DNA of 64,000 nucleotides from an uncultured Gammaproteobacteria bacterium (lineage in GTDB: Bacteria; Patescibacteriota; Patescibacteriia; 2-01-FULL-39-33), in NCBI GenBank assembly GCA_964536975.1, contig CAZHYS010000003.1, positions 15,419-79,418 on the forward strand. The letters are read 5' to 3'. Of this stretch, positions 18,551 through 28,388 are shown piece after piece. A model generated the notes under the pieces. The model had not been told where the DNA came from, did no database searches, and was given only the letters and a program-made list of their open reading frames with translations. The translations under genes and the position numbers were made by a program. The stretch's first letter is position 1, and every line of letters begins with the position of its first letter.

Positions 18551-20068
18551 ATGATAAAGTCAGTTGGCAAAAAGCCGAAAAATATGAAAAATAGTAAAAA
18601 AGTCATTATTATTGGCGCCGGTCCGGGCGGCCTGACCAGCGGCATGATTTTGTCCCATCGGGGACTTGATGTATCTATTTTTGAGAAAAATGATTATTTG
18701 GGCGGTCGCAATGGAGCTATTTCTGAACAGGGATTTGTCTTTGATATTGGGCCGACTTTTTTGATGATGAAATATATTTTGGATGAGATGTTTGAGCTGT
18801 CCGGCCGACGAAGTGGCGACTATCTGGATTTTTACGAGCTTGATCCGATGTATCACCTCAAATTTTCCGATTTTGAATTACCGGTCAGCGCCAACCCTGA
18901 CAAGATGAGGCAAGCAATCAAAAAATATTTTCCCGGCGAGGAAGCCGGCTTAGATAAATTTATTGCCAAAGAAAAAAAACGCTTTGAAAAAGTCGTTGCT
19001 TGTTTTGAAAAAGATTATTCTGATTTTTATCACATGGTCGCGCCGCCGCTTCTGCCGGCCATTCCCCATTTATCTCTCGGCCGGTCGCTGTATCGGGAAT
19101 TAGGATCATATTTTCATAGCGATAAGCTGAAAATCGCTTTTACTTTCCAGGCCAAATACCTTGGCATGAGTCCGTGGCAATGCCCGGCGGCCTTTATGAT
19201 TATTCCTTACATTGAGCATCGATTCGGCATCTATCATGTTAAGGGCGGCCTTAGTAAGATTTCCGAGGCGATGGCCAAGGTGATCAGAGAAGACGGCGGC
19301 AAGATAAATTTGTCTTCACCGGTAAAAAGAGTGATAACAGAAAAGAAAAAAGCAGTCGGAGTAGAACTTGCCGATGGCAGCCGGATTTTTGGCGATTATA
19401 TTATTATCAATGCTGACTTTTCTCAAGCGATGACGACTCTGTTTGAGCCGGGCTTTCTCAAAAAATATGCTCCGGCAAAGATTATGAAAAAGAGATATTC
19501 TTGTTCCACCTTCATGCTCTATCTCGGCCTGGACAAGATTTATGACGAGCCGCATCATAAAATTATCATTGCTGACGACTACAAGAACAACATTGACAAG
19601 ATCTCAAAGCATCAGCCACTGAAAGATGATTTTTCCATTTATGTCAGGAATGCCAGTATTACTGATCCGACTTTGGCCCCGGCCGGCAAATCGGCAGTTT
19701 ATGTTTTGGTGCCGGTAGCCAACAATAAGAGCGGAATTGATTGGAATACCGAAAAAGAATATTTTCGGGACAAGGTGATGGAGATAATCAAGCGCCGCAC
19801 TTCCATGAGTGATATTGAAAGCCACGTTGAGCTTGAAAAAATAATAACACCTCTTGACTGGGCCGAAGAAAGAGATGTTTATTTGGGCGCCACTTTTAAT
19901 TTATCTCACAACCTATCTCAAATGCTTTATTTTCGCCCGCATAACAAGTTTGAAGAGGCGGGCAACTGTTTTTTGGTGGGTGGTGGCACTCATCCGGGCA
20001 GCGGCTTGCCGACGATTTATGAGTCCGGAAGGATCACGGCCGATTTGATAAGTAAATTAACCAAATAA
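18551..20068 (+). CDS. Phytoene/diapophytoene desaturase family (CrtI/CrtN) FAD oxidoreductase
   Basis: IIGAGPGGL, GFVFDIGPT, YSCSTFMLYLG, FRPHN, GGGTHPGSGLP; true start may be ATG 18584. Confidence 0.88.
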   Translation: MIKSVGKKPKNMKNSKKVIIIGAGPGGLTSGMILSHRGLDVSIFEKNDYLGGRNGAISEQGFVFDIGPTFLMMKYILDEMFELSGRRSGDYLDFYELDPMYHLKFSDFELPVSANPDKMRQAIKKYFPGEEAGLDKFIAKEKKRFEKVVACFEKDYSDFYHMVAPPLLPAIPHLSLGRSLYRELGSYFHSDKLKIAFTFQAKYLGMSPWQCPAAFMIIPYIEHRFGIYHVKGGLSKISEAMAKVIREDGGKINLSSPVKRVITEKKKAVGVELADGSRIFGDYIIINADFSQAMTTLFEPGFLKKYAPAKIMKKRYSCSTFMLYLGLDKIYDEPHHKIIIADDYKNNIDKISKHQPLKDDFSIYVRNASITDPTLAPAGKSAVYVLVPVANNKSGIDWNTEKEYFRDKVMEIIKRRTSMSDIESHVELEKIITPLDWAEERDVYLGATFNLSHNLSQMLYFRPHNKFEEAGNCFLVGGGTHPGSGLPTIYESGRITADLISKLTK

Positions 20069-20094
20069 AAAAACTAATTAATAAATCAAAAACC

Positions 20095-20886
20095 ATGAAA
20101 AAAATTATTTTTGGCGGAGGGTTGGCGGCGTTTGTTGGCATAGTTGTTTTCGCCGGCGCTGTTTCGGCGGCGGACAATGGCCAAAAGAGCCAAAACCAGA
20201 ATCAAAATCAAATTGAAGCCAGACAGGATTGCGAAGGCGGCGATTCAAATTCAGATTGCGTAGGAAGCGACGAACCGATTCTGATAACAGCGCAAGAGCA
20301 GGAAAGAGAAAGGGAGAGGATTAATAATACGGCAGGCTCATCTACTGCTACTACTACACCCGGACTGATAAGGGCGAGAAACATTCAGGAGCTTCAAGAA
20401 GCCATTAGGACGGCCAGGGAGGAATTCAAAGAAGAGTTGGACGCCCTGAAAGATCAGCGGAAAAAGGAAGTCCTGGAAAAACAAAATGCCGTTCGCGAAG
20501 CGGTTCATGCTCTGTTGGCTTCTGAGGATTTGACTGGCGGTATCGGCGAGCAGGTCTCGGCGATCGCGCGGGAGTTTAATAATTCCGTGGAAAAAACCAT
20601 TGCCAATGAGGAACGGATAAACAATCGCAACCGCGTGGCCAGATTTTTCTTGGGCGGCGACAAGGAAGCGGCTCGGGAAATGCAGCAGGAAGTCAATCAA
20701 AACATGGAAAGACTGAATAATTTGCAAGAATTGTATGATAATTGCAATTGCGATGAAGCGGTAAAAAATCTAATCCAAGAGCAGATCCAAAATATTGAAC
20801 AAGAGCAGGAAAGATTGCAGCAAGTGGTTGAAAATCAATCAGCTAAGGGAGTCTGGGGCTGGATAAAAGGATTATTTGGCCGATAG
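20095..20886 (+). CDS. Secreted coiled-coil hypothetical protein
   Basis: Signal peptide, Q/E/N-rich helices, GVWGWI C-terminus; terminator at about 20914-20943. Confidence 0.75.
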   Translation: MKKIIFGGGLAAFVGIVVFAGAVSAADNGQKSQNQNQNQIEARQDCEGGDSNSDCVGSDEPILITAQEQERERERINNTAGSSTATTTPGLIRARNIQELQEAIRTAREEFKEELDALKDQRKKEVLEKQNAVREAVHALLASEDLTGGIGEQVSAIAREFNNSVEKTIANEERINNRNRVARFFLGGDKEAAREMQQEVNQNMERLNNLQELYDNCNCDEAVKNLIQEQIQNIEQEQERLQQVVENQSAKGVWGWIKGLFGR

Positions 20887-21082
20887 ACACGGATTATTGT
20901 TACTTTTTTTATTAAAACCGCCCGAGCATTCAGGCGGTTTTTTGTCTCTTGATTTTTTATGCCAGAAGGTGTAAAACTGAAAGCAGTAAATGGGTCATTC
21001 ACAATTTGGAAGAAGTTGGGAGAGAGGCGGGAATATCTGTTCCCGCGAAACGCCATGAGAGAGGAAAAAAAGGAGATAAGTC

Positions 21083-22510
21083 ATGTCAGGACAAACGGGA
21101 ACAGAGTTGACGGAAGTTGTCGGGCAAGGAGTAGGTGGTGTGTTGGGAGGGTTTTTGGCCGTTGTTTTAGGCCGGAGAGACGGCGGATCAAATGGCGACG
21201 GGCACATCAACCCTGAGACTTTTTTGACCGCCGGCCAAGAGTCGGGATTCAGGATTGATATGGCCGGCATGCTCGGTGGTGTCCTCGATGCCCAATTAGC
21301 CAATGTCGTATCCATGGAGGCGGCATGCCAAAAGATGAGAGAGCGGATCGAGGCGAGCCGGGTATTGGTTGCTGGACTAACCGTTGGTGTTGAGCCGGCG
21401 GTCAAACCGCCCGAGCCGGAGGAGGACGGCCGGAGTCCGACCAAAAAAGAAGAGGAAAAAGCGGCTGGCACCGAAACGGAACAGTCGGATGAGGCTATTG
21501 CCAAAATGTCGGCGCCGGAACACATCGTCTCAGTTTTGAAGCCCATTAAGGGCAGGGCGGTTGTTGAAGTCGCTCATATTAAGACCGAAGGAGTCAAACG
21601 CGGTGTATCGGCGATGAGCATTAACTCTGCCTTACATTGCCTTCAGCAGGCGGATGCCATTGAAAGAGTTGGCCGTGGCACGATCCGCAAGGCAGCGGGC
21701 TGGAAAGATTATTTGGTTAAGTTTCTTTCCAGACACAAGAAAAATGGCAAACCCAGGGATGGCGCGATTCCGGTCAAATGTTGCCAAAGTGCGCGAACCG
21801 ACGCCCCACAAAAACAGACAAAGTCTGTACCGAAACCCCCGGGTGTTTCTCGCCGTCGTTCCGGCCCAACCTTATTTGGCCTAACCAAGGACATTTTGGC
21901 CGCAGAGTATCCGGAAGGGCTGACTTATCAGGAGATTGCCGAGCGGCTCTGCGCCTCTGCCGATTTTCCCAACAAAGACAATGACAGCGTCGTCAATCAG
22001 TTGATGACGATGGCTTGTCAACATAAGGAGGATTTTGTCAGAAGCAAAGAACGGCCTGTTCGGTTGACATTGGTTGTGTCGGGAGTGTCGGAAGAAGCGT
22101 TACCGTCGGCCGAAGACGATATTTTTGGCAGTGGGCGGATTCAAGCGTCGCCGGCGCCTGAAAAAAAGTCGGCAAAAGATCGCCTGCAGGAGCGCTTGCG
22201 CGGAAGGAAAAATGTCGGCCATGCATTTGAGCCGGATGCTCCTTCGCTTAATCGCCCCAAAGATGAAGCTGGGCGAGCTGCCTGGATGAAAGCGATTGAA
22301 CAGGTGGTCAATCATACGGAACACTCCCAAATGTCGCGCGACGACATTGCCGCCGTGTTTATGGGGAATAAAAGCCGATTCTTCTGCGTAAACGCGGAAT
22401 TGGATCCGAGCCAGATCAGAGATATCGTCTCAACGACGATAAATGATATGATTCGGACCAAAAAACTGCGGACCTGTTCCCCCGGCATCGTGACGACAGG
22501 AACTTTCTGA
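21083..22510 (+). CDS. Hypothetical protein, possibly with several winged-HTH-like modules
   Basis: SD AGGAG, 475-aa ORF, terminator at 22530-22566. Confidence 0.65.
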   Translation: MSGQTGTELTEVVGQGVGGVLGGFLAVVLGRRDGGSNGDGHINPETFLTAGQESGFRIDMAGMLGGVLDAQLANVVSMEAACQKMRERIEASRVLVAGLTVGVEPAVKPPEPEEDGRSPTKKEEEKAAGTETEQSDEAIAKMSAPEHIVSVLKPIKGRAVVEVAHIKTEGVKRGVSAMSINSALHCLQQADAIERVGRGTIRKAAGWKDYLVKFLSRHKKNGKPRDGAIPVKCCQSARTDAPQKQTKSVPKPPGVSRRRSGPTLFGLTKDILAAEYPEGLTYQEIAERLCASADFPNKDNDSVVNQLMTMACQHKEDFVRSKERPVRLTLVVSGVSEEALPSAEDDIFGSGRIQASPAPEKKSAKDRLQERLRGRKNVGHAFEPDAPSLNRPKDEAGRAAWMKAIEQVVNHTEHSQMSRDDIAAVFMGNKSRFFCVNAELDPSQIRDIVSTTINDMIRTKKLRTCSPGIVTTGTF

Positions 22511-23077
22511 CAGTTGGATATCACCAAGTCCGCGTAGCAGGCAAAGTGCTTGCTACGCGGTTTTTTGTTGGGTTATTTTTGTAATAAACTCCGCTCATAG
22601 AGATAGGAATGGCGGGGCTGATCTGGACGCGGATCGGCCCTTTTGTTTTTTGTAAAACCATCCTCCAATTATGTGGTTTCATCCCACAACAAATTTAATA
22701 CACTTTTTTAAAAATAGGGCCAGAAGTTTTTTAATAAATTCAAGTCATTGGATATTGTTTTAAAATTAAAAATTAAAAATTGGAAATTACAAAACAGCCC
22801 AAACGGGCTGTTTTGTCTGTGGGTGGCTACTGGGATAATCTTCGCGAATCGCCAACAGAAACTTGGCGATTTGCTCCGCCCTGGGTGGCGGCCAATCCTG
22901 CTCGCTTCGCCGAATCTAGGCGAGCGCCAGCCCTGCCTGCCGGCAGGCAGCTCGGATCGGCCTGAAGTTTCGCTTTGGCGCTCGCCTTCCGTCTCGCTTC
23001 TCGCTCAACTTGCCACCCGTTCAACTCCCGACCCAAATTAAAAAGATGGACAAAATAATGTCCATCTTTTTAATTTG

Positions 23078-23149
23078 GGTGGCTACTGGGAGTTGAACCC
23101 AGACTAACGGGACCACAACCCGCTGTTCTACCGCTAAACTATAGCCACC
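23078..23149 (-). tRNA. tRNA-His(GTG) with encoded G-1
   Basis: GGTGGCTATAG..GCGGG-TT-GTG-GT-CCCGT..GTTCAACT..TAGCCACC. Confidence 0.92.
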
Positions 23150-23273
23150 ATATAATAACACTTAACAATTAACATTTAACTGATGCGCTATTCTTGGCAA
23201 TTAATCATTAGCAATTTACAGTATAACTTCAGACCGGTTAAAGGTTAACTGTCAATTGTTAACTATTAACTTA

Positions 23274-23345
23274 TGCCCCCAGTAGGAATCGAACCTACAT
23301 CACAGGTTCCGGAAACCTGCGTTCTATCCATTGAACTATGAGGAC
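23274..23345 (-). tRNA. tRNA-Arg(CCG)
   Basis: Anticodon arm CAGGT-TT-CCG-GA-ACCTG, T-loop GTTCGATT. Confidence 0.9.
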
Positions 23346-23368
23346 GATTGCCTGACGGGATCGGGCGG

Positions 23369-23442
23369 CGTCCGCGGCAGGATTCGAACCTGCGACCTAC
23401 AGCTTAGAAGGCTGTTGCTCTATCCAGCTGAGCTACGCGGAC
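23369..23442 (-). tRNA. tRNA-Arg(TCT)
   Basis: Anticodon arm ACAGC-CT-TCT-AA-GCTGT, acceptor GTCCGCG/CGCGGAC. Confidence 0.93.
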
Positions 23443-23994
23443 ATGATCAACTTACTATTATTATTAATTTGTAAGTTTTGCCAGTATTATATATGCTTTA
23501 GCACCGTTGCATTTTCCTCCCCCTTTACAAGGGGGAGGTAGGAGGGGGTAAATTAATTATGATATTTACCTCAATTACCCCTCCCTAACCCGTTCCTGGG
23601 CAGAGCTAATCGCTCCCAATGGTCGCGATTATCTACGCTCGCTTCGCATCGCTTCTGCCCGTCCTTCGGACCCCTTATAAATGGGAGGGAAAGAATAATC
23701 GTAAACAATGCTAACAATTTTTATAATTAAATTTTTAAAATTTTATTTCTTTACTCGTCTCGCCGTAGCCTTGGCGAAGGCGGAAGCTACGCGGACATAA
23801 TGATTCTCTTAGAAAAAATAACTGTAAATAACTGTCAAAACCAAAAAGAATTCTATAGGGCATAAATCATGATAACAGTTTTTTGGGCAAAAGTCAATTG
23901 ATTTTTTTCGGATTATCTGGTAAAATTTGTTTGTTCAAAAGAGGGGGCATAATGTTGGCAGAAACACCCTCCAAATATAAATTAACTCCCAAAT

Positions 23995-24498
23995 ATGATA
24001 GAAGCCATCAAAAAAAGGCGGTCAGTAAGGAAATATCTCAATCAGGATATTTCCGAAGACCAACTGAAGGAGATTTTGACTGCGGCGATGTATGCGCCGT
24101 CGGCCAATGCTATTTATCCTTGGGATTTGATCGTAGTTCGGCGGAGCGAGACTAAGGAACTTTTGTCCAAGACGACCCCTTGGTCGGCCCATGCCAAGGA
24201 CGCAGCCGTGGTAATTGTCGTCGTCGGCAACGAAGAAGAAAGCCCCGACTGGGTGGAGGATTGCGCCATTGTCGCCGAACATATCTGGCTGGCGGCGGCT
24301 GAGCAAAATCTGTCCAGTTGCTGGATTCAGATCCGCGGCAATGATAATGCCGAAAAGGATGTCAAAGAGCTTCTCAATATTCCCCAGAAATATCGGGTTT
24401 TATGCCTGATGCCGATTGGCGCGCCGACTCAAGAGCCGGAAGAGCATGGTGAAACGGATTTTAATAAGAGTCGGGTAAAAAATGAGAAATACAAGTAA
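23995..24498 (+). CDS. Nitroreductase family protein
   Basis: AIKKRRSVRKY, AMYAPSA...PW, LSSCWI. Confidence 0.9.
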   Translation: MIEAIKKRRSVRKYLNQDISEDQLKEILTAAMYAPSANAIYPWDLIVVRRSETKELLSKTTPWSAHAKDAAVVIVVVGNEEESPDWVEDCAIVAEHIWLAAAEQNLSSCWIQIRGNDNAEKDVKELLNIPQKYRVLCLMPIGAPTQEPEEHGETDFNKSRVKNEKYK

Positions 24499-24543
24499 AA
24501 TCATCAGTAAAAAAAGGAGCCAAAACGGCTCTTTTTTTGTCTC

Positions 24544-24572
24544 TTGACAAAGATTTGTAAATATGATATAAT
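24544..24572 (+). promoter_or_regulatory. Consensus sigma70 promoter
   Basis: TTGACA-17-TATAAT with extended -10 TG. Confidence 0.8.
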
Positions 24573-24639
24573 TATATATAGTACGTAATATTAAATAGCA
24601 GGGTGCTGTGGTGCGACAGCGGCAAACAATAAGGAGGAT

Positions 24640-25095
24640 TTGCCGATGTATGAAAGGAAGGATAAGTTAGTCCGGCAGGCGCGTGATTTGTTGGCTAAGG
24701 CGGGCTATAAGATTTCTGCCCGCCGAATAAACCGTGCCTTCACTTTTTCAAGCAAGTCGAGTGATCAATCCGGCAGTCACGCATTGTGGGGCGCGCTTCA
24801 AAATGCCAACCCCACAATTCTGGCGCGAAAGCTGGAGGCACGAGGGGTGGTCTTTCGTGGCAAGGTAGCGGTCGGCCGAAGGCATGACAGCAACAATCCC
24901 ACCCGCGCCTGGCGAGGAGGAAAAAGAGGGACAAAGGGAGTCAAATTATCCCCGCCAAAGAAAGAGCCAACCGTGCCGACTGTCGAGATGTCCGTCGAAA
25001 TTGAGGATGGGAATATCTGTCCCAACCCAAACTGCGGATATCACGACCCCAGCCCCGAAGCGACCAGGTGTCCCAGTTGCGGGACACTCTACTAA
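24640..25095 (+). CDS. Basic hypothetical protein with C-terminal zinc ribbon
   Basis: SD AAGGAGG (ATG 24646 is the likely start); CPNPNC...CPSC. Confidence 0.65.
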   Translation: MPMYERKDKLVRQARDLLAKAGYKISARRINRAFTFSSKSSDQSGSHALWGALQNANPTILARKLEARGVVFRGKVAVGRRHDSNNPTRAWRGGKRGTKGVKLSPPKKEPTVPTVEMSVEIEDGNICPNPNCGYHDPSPEATRCPSCGTLY

Positions 25096-25211
25096 ACTCC
25101 GCTTCATCACGCGGCCTAACTGATCAAACGCGATCGACCGGGCCGCTTATTTTTTTGTCTAAAAATTTTATTTTAGTTATAATTAACACAAGCGAAATCA
25201 ATCAAAATTTT

Positions 25212-25436
25212 ATGTGGAGCGGCAAAATCAAAAAAAATCCGCCGGTCTATACCGACAACCCGGTCAAGAAAACCATGTTGCAAAAAGTGATGCGGCCAAA
25301 GGATTGGGTGATGCTGGGGATACTTCTTGTTGTGTCGGCGGTATGCTGGACTTGGGTCTGGCGGGCCTATCAAGAGCCATTTGTCTATGATGATTTCTTC
25401 ATCTCTTCGGATATTTCCGCGGAGGCCGGCGCGTAA
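25212..25436 (+). CDS. Small single-TM hypothetical protein
   Basis: ATG 25212 in frame with the ORF track call; one hydrophobic helix. Confidence 0.5.
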   Translation: MWSGKIKKNPPVYTDNPVKKTMLQKVMRPKDWVMLGILLVVSAVCWTWVWRAYQEPFVYDDFFISSDISAEAGA

Positions 25437-25560
25437 TTTCATCGGTTGACAAAAGGCAAAAAATGTAATAAGATAGACCCATAACAATTAATGGCGATTT
25501 TCTTGGTTTTGGCGGCTTGATTCCGCCGGTTACTCGGAAAATCGTGACAAGGGGTTACCC

Positions 25561-25920
25561 ATGATTGACAAAAAAAAGAAGCAGCAAATCATCAAAAAGT
25601 TTGCTATTCACGACAACGACACCGGCTCTTCCGAAGTGCAAATAGCGCTACTCACGGAAGAAATCAAGAATCTGACCGAGCATTTGAAAAATCACAAGAA
25701 AGATTTTTCCTCCCGCCGGGGGTTGTTGCGCAAAGTTTCCGAACGGCGCAAGTTGTTGCGTTATTTGGAAAAAGAGAATTTAGAAAGCTTTGAGGAGTTG
25801 GTCAAAAAGCTCAAACTCAAAATTGCCAGACGCACTGACGAGATGGCGGAGATTATAGAAGAAGAGCTGGCTGAAGAAAAAAACATTGACGCGGAAGAAG
25901 ATGGCGGGGAGGAGAATTAA
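25561..25920 (+). CDS. rpsO: 30S ribosomal protein S15 with acidic C-terminal extension
   Basis: DTGSSEVQIALLT..HKKDFSSRRGLL; promoter TTGACA-17-TAAGAT at 25446-25474 and a leader hairpin. Confidence 0.96.
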   Translation: MIDKKKKQQIIKKFAIHDNDTGSSEVQIALLTEEIKNLTEHLKNHKKDFSSRRGLLRKVSERRKLLRYLEKENLESFEELVKKLKLKIARRTDEMAEIIEEELAEEKNIDAEEDGGEEN

Positions 25921-26080
25921 TATTCTCCTCTTTGCTGTTTTAAAATAATAAAAACAATTAATTAACGCGAATCGATCAAGGCGATTATTTATTTGAAAGC
26001 AAGCGGATTGTTTGGACAAGGACCAAAGATTCCGATTGTCTTCAAATAAATGCCCGATCGATTCCAGAAAGGAATTTTTT

Positions 26081-28351
26081 ATGTCTAATGTGCAGAAGTT
26101 TGAAATGGATTGGGCTGGCCGCAAGTTGTCCGTAGAATTCGGACGCTTGGCCGACCAGGCTAACGCCGCTTGTCTTGTTTCTTATGGCGAGACAGTCGTT
26201 TTGGCGACAGCCGTGATGGGCAAAGAGCCGAGAGAGGGCGTTGACTTTCTCCCCTTCCAGGTGGAGATGGCGGAGAAGATGTATGCCGCCGGCAAAATCA
26301 AAGGTTCGCGATTTGTAAAACGCGAGGGCAAGCCGACCGACAACGCCATTTTGGACGCGCGGATGATTGATCGTGGCTTACGTCCATTATTCAATCAGAA
26401 AATTAGAAATGAAATCCAGGTCGTCGTCACCACCTTGTCTTATGATGATGAAAATCCGGCGGATGTTCTGGCGATTACCGCCGCCGCCATTGCCTTGCAC
26501 GCGTCCGACATTCCTTGGAATGGTCCGTTGGCCGGTTTGGCCATTGGCCGGATCGCCGGACAATTTGTCATTAATCCGACTGTTGCTCAGATAGAACAAT
26601 CGGATTTAAAACTGGTCGTTTCCGTGGTTGGTGATCGGATTGTGATGATTGACGCTGATTTTCAACAGGCGACCGAAGAGGATGCCGCCGCCGCGTTTGA
26701 GTTGGCAATCAAAGAAGCTCGTCCGGTGTTGGAATTCATTGAAAAAATTCGCGAGACAGTCGGCAAAGCCAAGCAAGATGAAAACAAGCTGATTGAGGCG
26801 GCGCAAGCGGCCGGCGAAGTTTCCTTGGCGGAAAAGGAAGCGGCTTTTGATGAAGCCAAGAAATTTTTCGCGCCGCAACTGGAAAAGTATCTGTTCAATC
26901 GGCCGCGCGGCACTAAGAGGGAACGCAAAGAAGTGGCCAAAGTATTGCTTGATGAGTTTGTTGAAAAAATAAAACAAGACGGCCGGCATGAAGAAATAAT
27001 CAATTATGTCAAAGATAATTTTGAAGCTTATCTGGAAGAAGAAGTCAGCCGGGCGATTTTGGAACGCGATTTGCGCGTGGACGGCCGCCGTTTGGATCAG
27101 ATCCGGCCGCTCTCTTGCCAAGTCGGCATCTTGCCGCGCACCCATGGCACCGGGTTGTTCAGCCGCGGTGAGACGCAAGTATTGTCAGTCGTGACCTTGG
27201 GCGCTCCCGGCGACGCGCAGATCCTTGATGAAATGACCGAAGACGATACCAAAAAGCATTATCTTCATTTTTACAATTGTCCGCCTTATTCTTTCGGCGA
27301 GGCGGGTCGGTTTGGCAGCCCTGGTCGGCGGGAAATCGGCCACGGCGCGCTCGCGGAAAAAGCGCTTTTGCCAGTGTTGCCGTCAAAAGAAGAATTCCCT
27401 TATACTATCATGGTCGTGTCTGAAGTGATGGGCTCCAACGGCTCTTCTTCCATGGCTTCTACCTGCGGCTCCACTTTATCACTGATGGATGCGGGCGTGC
27501 CAATCAAGAGTCCGGTGGCCGGTATTGCTATGGGTCTAGTTTCTCGCGGCGACAAATACAAGATTTTGACTGATTTGCAGGATTTGGAAGACGGTGAAGG
27601 CGGCATGGATTTCAAGGTGGCCGGCACCAAGGATGGCATTACCGCCATTCAGATGGACACCAAGACCAGTGGCTTAAACTTGGATATTTGCCGCCAGACT
27701 TTGGCGCAAGCTAAGAAAGCGCGCTTGGAGATATTGGATGAAATAATCAAGACGATTTCCTCACCGCGGCCAGATTTATCGCAGTATGCCCCGCGCATTG
27801 AAACTATGCGAATCAATCCTGACAAAATCAGGGATGTCATTGGCAGCGGCGGCAAGATTATCAATGAGATTATTGCTGTCTGCGATGTCCAGATTGATAT
27901 TGAAGACGACGGTTTGGTCACTATTACCAGCAACAATCCTGAAGGCATGAAGAAGGCGATTAAATGGGTTGAAGATTTGACCAAAGAAATACAAGTCGGC
28001 GAAGTTTACACCGGCAAAGTGGTACGATTGATGGATTTTGGCGCTTTTGTGGAAATTTTGCCCGGCCGGGACGGTATGGTTCATATTTCCGAGTTTGCCA
28101 ATCATCGCGTGGACAAGATTTCCGACGTTGCCAATATCGGCGACACTCTGACTGTTAAAGTGATTGAAATAGACGGCCAGGGACGAGTAAATTTGTCCGT
28201 CAAGCAAGCCGACCCGAATTATGATCCGGCCAGCGATCCCAAAAATGGCGCCGGCCATAGTAATGGCGGCTATCGCGGCAATAATGATCGCCGCAACGGC
28301 GGCCGCGGCTTTTCCGATCGGCCGCGGAAAAAATTCGGCTTCCGCCGGTAG
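26081..28351 (+). CDS. pnp: Polyribonucleotide nucleotidyltransferase
   Basis: RREIGHGALAE, SNGSSSMAS, GMDFKVAGT, KH and S1 domains; follows rpsO. Confidence 0.96.
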   Translation: MSNVQKFEMDWAGRKLSVEFGRLADQANAACLVSYGETVVLATAVMGKEPREGVDFLPFQVEMAEKMYAAGKIKGSRFVKREGKPTDNAILDARMIDRGLRPLFNQKIRNEIQVVVTTLSYDDENPADVLAITAAAIALHASDIPWNGPLAGLAIGRIAGQFVINPTVAQIEQSDLKLVVSVVGDRIVMIDADFQQATEEDAAAAFELAIKEARPVLEFIEKIRETVGKAKQDENKLIEAAQAAGEVSLAEKEAAFDEAKKFFAPQLEKYLFNRPRGTKRERKEVAKVLLDEFVEKIKQDGRHEEIINYVKDNFEAYLEEEVSRAILERDLRVDGRRLDQIRPLSCQVGILPRTHGTGLFSRGETQVLSVVTLGAPGDAQILDEMTEDDTKKHYLHFYNCPPYSFGEAGRFGSPGRREIGHGALAEKALLPVLPSKEEFPYTIMVVSEVMGSNGSSSMASTCGSTLSLMDAGVPIKSPVAGIAMGLVSRGDKYKILTDLQDLEDGEGGMDFKVAGTKDGITAIQMDTKTSGLNLDICRQTLAQAKKARLEILDEIIKTISSPRPDLSQYAPRIETMRINPDKIRDVIGSGGKIINEIIAVCDVQIDIEDDGLVTITSNNPEGMKKAIKWVEDLTKEIQVGEVYTGKVVRLMDFGAFVEILPGRDGMVHISEFANHRVDKISDVANIGDTLTVKVIEIDGQGRVNLSVKQADPNYDPASDPKNGAGHSNGGYRGNNDRRNGGRGFSDRPRKKFGFRR

Positions 28352-28388
28352 TCAAAGAATCACCTTATTGATATAGATTGCGTTTTTA

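Noticed and set aside
22748-23041. Three overlapping short ORFs
   Set aside because: They lie in the hairpin-rich tRNA-His element, with no start signals or protein-like composition
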